A stretch of DNA of 57,042 nucleotides, filler included, from Sphacelaria rigidula (Eukaryota), in NCBI GenBank assembly GCA_964200075.2. It is 7 parts of 7 records of this genome, joined end to end, with 100 filler letters (N's around TTAATTAATTAA, not from the genome) between each part and the next. Parts side by side here need not be neighbours in the genome. Positions count along the whole stretch, not along the records: positions 48,981 to 57,042 come from CAXNAA020012442.1; 6 more parts are not named here. The stretch is one strand, 5' to 3'. Positions 49,142-57,042 of the stretch are shown one piece after another. Below the pieces are notes generated by a model. The model had not been told where the DNA came from and did not search any database. It saw only the letters and a list, made by a program, of their open reading frames with translations. How positions within the stretch are numbered: position 1 is the stretch's first letter; each line of letters starts with the position of its first letter. A program made the position numbers and the translations under genes.

Positions 49142-52100
49142 CAAGGACTTCAACGATTGGCTACAGTGGATGAACAGTCCGGTCGAAGACCCGAAGAAGA
49201 GCTGGTTGGCGTGGCACAACGAAACCTGCGAGCACGCCCGCAAGGAGTGGCCACTCTCCCTAAAGATCCAGACTGTACTATCTCTCTGCCGGTGGGTTGA
49301 ACAATGTATTTGCCATGTTGTGTCGAGGTTGTTCTCTCAGGAAGCCAAATGAATCCTAGGTCGACAATCGCTACATCCTCGATCATTTGGGGATATTTCA
49401 CCGACGAATGTTGGCTACTCTCAGCCTTGATATCACCCCAAATTTGTTGGGGAGAAAATACTCATTTTGTGCTCAACGCCTGCAACCCTTCGACGTTTCC
49501 AATGTTAATTCTTATGCGCCCAGTAATGAACGCTCCAGAATCACCATCTATGCGGATCCCCCGGCAAAGTGCCGCTGACTTTGTCCTGATTTCAGTCCAA
49601 GTCCGCAACTTATTTTCTTGGCGGCTTTTCAAAATCAATGGATCATGCTCCAATTGCATGAAAACCACACTCGAACGAGCTGCGGACGAAACAACACGAG
49701 GGTGTCAACTTACGCCCCGCCGCGACATCGGGACACCAATACGGTAGACATCCCACTGAATGTTTCTCTCCGCCTTTGCACAACCGTCCCCAGGCTGCTG
49801 ATCTTGGTGTATGGCTTCCTGACGACCGTGGGCGACACGAGTGACGGCGACGGAAAGTCGTGGCCAGGCACAATAGTTGTGGCTCTCATCCTCTTCGTCC
49901 TGGTGTGGTTGTTGATGTTCCCGATGTGTTGGAAGTCCCTATTCTGCAGGAAAACTGCGAGGATACCGATACAAGAGCACATAAAATCTGCGGATGACGC
50001 CTCTGCAGATCGGATCACCTACCCAGGGATGCGAGGGAGGTGTGTGAGACGATGTCGCGGGCGTGTGGCTATCGCGTGGGGGGTTGTTCATTGTAGGGTT
50101 TCCTTTGCATGATGTAGCGCGCCTTGTCGTGCTGACAGCGCCGTGTGACGGGGCGTTCTCAACAGAGTTGGTACGGAATACGTGAGCGATTTGTTTCGCG
50201 AACATGGGAAGATACTTGAAGGTGTTTTATGATGCGCCCAATTTCCGCAACAGGCTTATGGCATCGCTACAGCGTCGTTTTCCGGTTTATGTGGCTAGAG
50301 CCTGTACCTGGTTTTGGGCGACAGGTCTCCAGGTGTACCTCCACGTGTCGTTCGCTGAATACATGTCGAACTGCATGTATGCTGCATGCGCAGTATCTGG
50401 CTCTATCCTTCCCGCAGGTGCAGTCCGCACACAGCAGGATACATTATCCCGCGCAGTTGACTGTTGATCTCTTTTGTGCTGCTTGAACGGTGCACAATGG
50501 TTTTCTCGCTGCTGGTGATATGCGACTCGCCTCAAATTTCACTCGCTGCCATGGAGCGAAATGCGTGCAATGATGATAACCAATGCAATATGGTAACCAA
50601 TGAGGAATTTCACACAACCGCCGTCACACGTGCGTTTGGTCACGAGTCTATACTCTTCAACCTGTTGAACAATGGACAAGAAAATATTTAACTTGTGATG
50701 TTTGGCTCAAAGATTGCAGTCTGCAATGACTTTCGTCAAAATCAATAATGCAATGATGTGTATTTCTGCACCAGCCAAGGCTGAATCCACTGACACGGGG
50801 TTGCCAAGTGCACTTTGATTGCACCCTGATGGATTTTCCGTTGTCCCATGTGACCCGCAGTCTGAACCCATTTCTGCATCCATGTTTATTTGCATCTCGT
50901 CGGCGTTTCTTTTTGCTATTCGTTCATGGATGCATCCTTGTGCCACTTTTGCCGATTGCGGTATTCCCCCGACATGGTGTTCGACCCTCCTTTGCATTTG
51001 CTGCACCCTGCTACGGGCCGCGCTTACCTGCTTCTGATCTGTCGCTCTCTAGGTGGGACCGTGTGTGGAAACTATTCTGGTTCGTAGCCATCATCCTGGG
51101 GGTCATTATCCTTGGCGCAACAGGCGTGGTCACCGCGTTGACCCAGGTATGCAACAGCTCCGGACGCTGCAGTATCATGGTTTACTTGGTACCTACGCTC
51201 GGTGCTCTTTCGCTGTACAGTGGACGAGTGTCTGGGCGATCTTCAGCGGCAGTTCTTGTCTTCTGGTTTGCGTCTGACCGTGCCATGTTCAACAGAGAAT
51301 CTTCGGCGACGCCTTTCTTGCTGCCATCAGCTGATATATCCACTGAACCATTACTTATTCACACACATGAAAAGTGGTCTAGCTACGTGCGCCCGCCTTG
51401 TCAACGATCAGGGTATCATTTCTTGAATCTGACCCCCACCCCTTGCTCCGTCTCGAAAGGGATGCGTGGTCAATGGTCAAACGACTAAGGCAAACAACAA
51501 ATGAGTACCCCCCCCCCTGCGGCCGTTGCCCGCTACATTCGTTGTCGAACCGTTACTGCACGCTATCTCGAAGGTGATTTACTTCATCTTGGCGTTTGCG
51601 ATCATGGTGTACTTCTGCGCTCAATTAGTGGCACTGTTCTCGAAGAATGCCGTGAAGAGAATACGGCTGGTGCGAATTGCATTCAAGTCGGTTCACCTGA
51701 CCACTGGGGTTGTGATCATGATACCGGTGCTGCTCATCTCCTTCTTTCCCCCGTTCGTGGAGCTGCAGACGCGCATGCTTTTCAACGAGGACTTCGCACA
51801 GAGGTGTGGTACGGAGGGTGCACGCGGCCAGTGCTGTTTCTCGGCCGTGCATGTGTGTTTCGATTTGCGCTGTATTTGAGATGGTCCCGCCGTATTTTTT
51901 TTCGAATTCATTGAACGGCACTGCTGAGATTGCAGGTTAAGAAGTGTCACCTCTCGTATCTTCCCGCTAGTGTCTTTCACGTTCCATATAATACCGGAGC
52001 ATGAATGATGAGGACCCAAGGGAAAGTTCGACAAAGATGAAGGCATCCTTGCTCAGTTTTGAAGAACTGCCAGTCATGCAATAAATAGTGCTTAGGATGA

Positions 52101-52536
52101 GGTGGTAAACAAAATACCTGTCGTTCCTGTGGTATTCATCATGTATCTGTCGAAAGTGCAGGTATTCCGGGATTATCCCTTATTTCGGTAGCCGATATGC
52201 TGCGTACCCTGGAAACCCAGGGAAAATCTAAATACCGAAAACTCGGGGTGCCTCAGGGTATACGAACCCTATCCTTAGCACCTTTACAACCATGTGACTG
52301 TCGTTTGAATAGAACCCAGAAACCAATCTCGACCGCAGGCAAGAAGGTCATCCTCCACGTTGCCTTCGACGAGAAGATTGAAACACTTCGACGCACGACT
52401 TGAGAACCGCTGACACTTGTGTCAACACATCGCCTCGCGCTGCCGAAAATCTGCGAACACGCGCCACAGGTTCAACATCGCCAAGATTTTCTCGAGGCAA
52501 CGAGACCGTCGCCGATCAGTAAAGAAGCATTCATAG
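49142..52536 (+). CDS. 1,3-beta-glucan (callose) synthase, GT48, 3' exons 49142-49291, 49794-50039, 51053-51146, 51574-51803, 52470-52536
   Basis: KDFNDWLQWM...KKSWLAWHNETCEH, TM helices, and FFPPFVELQTRMLFNEDFAQR|FNIAKIF, matching the conserved QTR.LFN..FS C-terminal motif of callose synthases; GT-AG introns with consistent phases. Confidence 0.92.
51443..51518 (+). repeat. LINE 3'-tail copy in a glucan synthase intron
   Basis: TGCTCCGTCTCGAAAGGGATGCGTGGTCAATGGTCAAACGACTAAGGCAAACAACAAATGAGTACCCCCCCCCC. Confidence 0.85.
52087..52283. mobile_element. Possible hAT-like MITE, intronic
   Basis: GTGCTTAGGAT ... ATCCTTAGCAC imperfect TIRs; TSD not clear. Confidence 0.4.
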
Positions 52537-53348
52537 CGGAGAGGAATTGCACCGCTGATCATTTTGGGTTCAACGGAGCCGTTGTGTGGCCAATCAAGAA
52601 CCTGCACGACTTGAAAAAAAACACCCAGACCGAACCCACCCTGAGGGTGCTTGCTAACAGCGTCAAGTGGACCTCATGAAATGCATGGGAGATGAAAGGC
52701 TGGGTATCCGAGTTGGATGCAGCCAAGCACCAAGGGCTTTTTTGTGAAGGGAGCTACTCTACGGAAGAGTTGCGATGGAAGGAGCTTCCATTTTGTTCCG
52801 ACACTTACCGACAGCTGCAATTAATGCAGATGTATTCGTGGATGCTGAGTGGAGTAGTTTCGGCGCTGGTACCATTTTTCCTCTGGTGGGAATATCGTTT
52901 TATGTAAAATACAACGGGTATGGTTGGTTGTATTCCGCTCTTCATTCCCAAATCGAGAAAATTCGTGTTTAAATTATTAGCGGATGAGTGACTGGATATG
53001 AGTGCTACGGTAGTGACGTGTTCTTGTCTACGATCTCAGGTACGTGCGTTTTTTGGGTTTGCAGGGGCAGAGGGTAAGAGTACCGCTTTTCTCGTCGGGA
53101 ATGACGGCGTGTGGGTTTCACTTCTCCACAATCCGCTAGTTTCGATTGGATCGAGACAAGAGATTGTACGGCGTGTGCGGTTGGTTCATGGTTGATGTCG
53201 GGGTGTTGTTCGTATGAGGATTTTTTTTTCTATTGTCCTTACGATCCGTTTATCTTATGTTGTGTGTGGTTGATGAAAATGTTGCGGAGTATTGTGCTCG
53301 GGCTGTATTTTTTCTTCCGATCTTGAAATTTAAAGACGTAGCCGCCGC

Positions 53349-53445
53349 GCGCCCTGGTGGTCTAAATTAAAATGGTACAACTGACACCATCATGACGAGG
53401 AAAACGCGGGTTCGATTCCCGCCAGATGCGTCTTTTTTTTTTTCT
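53349..53445 (+). repeat. tRNA-like relic or SINE head followed by a T-run
   Basis: Perfect T-arm GCGGG-TTCGATT-CCCGC, A-box-like TGGTCTAAAT, then T12; D and anticodon arms disrupted. Confidence 0.55.
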
Positions 53446-53986
53446 TCATTTTTTCCTCAAGAGTACTAGTGTATGATTTCCGTCGTTGACAGCGTGATGA
53501 CGAACGTGAGTCTGCGTAGCTGAGCTTTTAGACGACAGTCGACGCGGCGCGGAAGTCGTTATTCAATCCGCCGCACCAAAGTGCAGGGCGTGTACCGCGG
53601 GAGAGATGGGTTTGTGCGTTGAGACCACGGACTCGTCCCGAGGAAGGGGAGAGAAGTTAGAATTATGAAAAAAGGAAAACACTATTCGTCCGCTGTGTTA
53701 CAAATTGCGCGATAATAGGGGGTATGTATTATCGGTCATGAGGTCAGCCCTCCAACATCGGTTTGTTACTGGCGGAGAGGGGGTGCTTCGACGGAGGTGA
53801 ATCGGAAGACAGCGTGAAGATGAAACCCGTTTCCTACAAAAGTGCTCCCACTTTACGGTGGTGAATATCGGCTTGCACCCTTCTTTTGCGGTAGGTAGGG
53901 GCAAATCCACAGGGGGGCAATTTTCGCTCTTCGCTTGCACTACAGGCTGGTTCACCCTTATCAAAGAACACTCATCCACGAAACTT

Positions 53987-54164
53987 CACGCCGATTTTAG
54001 GAGTTGAACCCTAATTTTTTGCCCAATTTTGCGATGGGTCGTCACGCAACTTTCTGAGGTCGAGGGTTTTTGTTCATTTTTAACTTTACAGCCATCGAAA
54101 GTTGCGAAATGACCCATTGCACATTTGTGCAAAGCTTCAGGGTCTGACTATCAGAAATGGCGTG
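53987..54164. mobile_element. MITE with long imperfect TIRs beginning CACGCC; related end at about 55572
   Basis: CACGCC...GCGATGGGTCGTCACGCAACTTTC / GAAAGTTGCGAAATGACCCATTGC...GGCGTG. Confidence 0.65.
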
Positions 54165-56264
54165 AATGTGCATTTGTGCAATGACTTGACCTTAAAGGTG
54201 CAAACCCCCAACTTCTTGGTTTTGGTATGAAACCCTCCTTTTCAGGGGTGAACTTAATGTCAAGACGAGAAAGCTGTTTGAGGTTTTGGAGTTTATGGAC
54301 CAAACTTTGTACATATGTTCCTTGGACTACCCCCGGGGACGCATCATTTTATTATTTTTCGTTTGAGGCATTCTGTAACGCCTTCCGGCGGTTCCAGTGT
54401 GAAGACCCCCGGAAGCCGATAGAGAACAGAGAAATCCCATCTGAGGGGAAGGGTGCCAGCGCTTACCGTCGCTGCATCAGCACCCGCTTGGGACTGTCAG
54501 GAGGGATATTCAAACTACAGCTGCCGCGGCTTTTAAATTAAAAAGAAACAGCTCGAATTTCTCAAGCGCGTTGCACTACAACAGCAGTATTGTTCAACAG
54601 CTCCACCGCGAAACCGGTTCTCAACACAGCCGCGGCGGAGGTGGCCATACAAGGCGTGATAGCTGGTTCAGACTAGATGAAACACCTCACATGGGCAGTG
54701 CTGGCAAAACAACCCCAGGCGTGGGACTAACCCTTACCCCCGTTGTGTGTGTCTGCAGCTTTACTGTGGGGCATCCATTTGATCCAACAGACCACTGTGG
54801 TGATACTGTGCTCTGGTGATAGTATATCTCAGCAGACTGCTGAATGATGCTGCGTTTCAAAGATCGTTGGCGTCTGCCGCCGCATTGGATCGTCTCGCTG
54901 ACGACGGTCGTCGCCGGCGCAACAGTATGAAGTCTCTCTTAGATACACAACAAGAGGCGCTCGAAAACTCGATGACTAGTCCAAAGAAGTTTTCAGCATG
55001 CTTTGTTACGTGTTCCGTAGCGCTTGGACGCAGGGGTTGCTCAAAAGATGCCGCACAATGAATGAGGGCGGCTTTTCGGTTGGACTGCTCACCATCATGC
55101 TTTCGCCGCCGTGCAGAAACTTCATGGTTAGGGGCACATGGTCGAAACCGCTTGCGAATCACGAGCCTTTTGAACAAAGTGAATGGAATTTCGATGGTCC
55201 GTTGAATCTCAATTAAATGTTGAACCTCAAAAACGAATCCAGGCTGTGAGACTTCAATTATGGAGGTCATGAGTTCTAATCCGGACAGGTTCTCTTCTTT
55301 TTTCGTCCGTCGTTGAGGTTATACATTATGCAGTACATTTTGTTTCATTTTTTTTGCATTTCATTTTTTATTCAGCGGCGGTGCCGTGTGTTACCAGGTT
55401 GGTCTGCACTTTACAGTGATATGCTTACATCGGGTTCCTTCGGGAAAGTAGGAAAGCTGTGGTGTGAGCAAATTTTAGCCGCTTTTAAGCTGACCTAGCT
55501 CATGCTAAAATCGAATAGTTTGCGATTTCACCGTGGCATGGTAAAGTTCAACGCACAAACGCGAGAAACCTCACGCCGTTTTAGGGAGTTAGACTCTGAA
55601 ATTTCGCACAACTGCACGGTGACATGGATCATTACGCAGCTTTGGATGAACGAGGTTTCATTTTTTCTTCTTCTCGTTTTATGGGGGCCCCACTGGATCG
55701 AAATTTCTCCATAAAAACTACGATCCCCGAAAAACGGTGGAAAAACCAAACAGTAAAACACACATCGACTTTCGAAAATTGCGAAGTGATCTGTAGCTAA
55801 ATGATTCCGAGCCGTAGGTTTCAATATAATCGCATGCATAATTGGAGTAGTCGCAGGGGACAGGGGATCCTGGATTGATGACCCTTATCCGTGTGGCCCC
55901 TTGCTGTCGAGCTCTTGATGTGGGCTGTTGAGGATCACTCCGTGATAATAACAAGTGAGAAGAAAGGACTTGTCGAGCACGAGGCCAGTGCTACTGGAGG
56001 AGTCCCTCGTGGATAGTCCTCTTGTCCAGATCGTCTGGCAGAGGCTACAGACCTTTACGTTGTACAATATTTTATACAGTACTAGCGCATTGGCTACCTA
56101 TTTTAGATGCTTATACGTATGCTTACTCTAAATAATCCGATAGGCGGCACATATAGGTTGGCAACCAGCATTTTAGAATGTGAGCCCAATGGGGCTTGCA
56201 GCAGATTGCCTCGAGAGCCATGGCTGGAAAACCTCCCAAATCTGCAAGACCGTCGGCAGGATAG

Positions 56265-56395
56265 GGGAAGGGGGTACTCATGATTTTGTATGCCGTAGTC
56301 ATTAGACCATTGGCCAAATATCCCTACAAAGTCAGGACGGAGCACGCCGGGGTTCTGCCGGACCAGGCTCGCAATCAATCACCAAGTGCGAAGCT
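56265..56395 (-). repeat. Copy of the LINE-tail-related short repeat
   Basis: GGGGTACTCATGAT...CCCTACAAAGTCAGGACGGAGCACGCCGGGGTTCTGCCGGACCAGGCTCG. Confidence 0.85.
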
Positions 56396-56572
56396 AGCCC
56401 TCTTTTTCCTTCACCACCATAACACAGCCCGGATATAGACATAGAACGACGAAGCTAACCCTGCCTTTTCTTCAACCTGCCATGATACAGCCCGGACATG
56501 GACATGAAATGAAAAAGCTGACCCTCCTTTTTCTTTCACCTACCGTAACACAGCCCAGATATACACGTAAAA
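56390..56572 (+). repeat. Tandem repeat, 3 x about 62 bp
   Basis: AAGCT..CCCT...ACAGCCC.GA.AT..AC repeated three times. Confidence 0.85.
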
Positions 56573-57042
56573 TGGCGAGAAAAAGTGTATCTACTTTCCC
56601 GTCCCCCCACCTATCATAACGAAGGGAAGACAAGAATAAACCAAAACCTAGACAAGTAAGTAATAGCGTGAAGGTTTGCCACCCTACATGCCAATCGAAA
56701 ATACAAAATACATCACAAGTACGGATAGGGTAGGGTCATCACCCCCTCCATGTTAAATTCACAGGGAGGTCGGGGTCTCGTGGTGAGATACCCGTAAAAC
56801 CTTACCGGTTTCCGTTGGGCGGTGGAAGTCTGGTCAGCCATTTCCAGAAATTTCCCACATTAGGTGCAAAAGGCGCCTAATGAGGGAAAGGGGTGGATAA
56901 TGCATGACATAACCGTCATGGACTACTGCACATGAAACAAACACCTTACCAACGACCGACCTAATGACCTACGAGAAGGAGCACCAAGTGGTACGTAGAC
57001 TTCTTAGAGATCTTGGAGGATAGAAGCTGGTACAAAGTGTGG

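Noticed and set aside
53349-53430. Functional tRNA gene
   Set aside because: The T-arm is intact but the D arm, anticodon arm and acceptor stem do not form a canonical cloverleaf; kept only as a relic.
54757-56045. Coding-like patches (RLLNDAAFQRSLASAAALDRL on plus; PLPDDLDKRTIHEGLLQ* on minus)
   Set aside because: No recognisable family and no supported multi-exon model.

Overview
Eukaryotic genomic DNA, most likely from a brown alga or related stramenopile. This is inferred from many short exons with GT-AG introns, a CTG-rich acceptor, a callose synthase and a plasmepsin-V-like protease. The window is not one locus. It is seven contigs of 8064, 8064, 8064, 8063, 8063, 8062 and 8062 bp joined by identical 100-bp N/TTAATTAATTAA/N linkers, i.e. 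size-sorted unplaced contigs, so neighbourhoods across linkers carry no information. Host genes reconstructed by hand: exon 1 of an A1 aspartic protease and a divergent signal-peptide exon (contig 1), a 3-exon HMG-box gene (contig 4), seven 3' exons of a multi-pass membrane protein (contig 6), and five 3' exons of a 1,3-beta-glucan synthase (contig 7). The rest is mostly transposon-derived: a decayed Ty3/gypsy element, a decayed LINE, many LINE 3'-tail copies ending in oligo-C, hAT- and piggyBac-type MITEs, and tRNA-derived SINE heads. Contig 5 is the most interesting. It holds a large intronless decayed ORF that looks like a poorly characterised (DUF6589-like) transposase with a Cys-rich N-terminus, and the 3' end of a tyrosine-recombinase retroelement with Ngaro-like split direct repeats that the ORF track missed.
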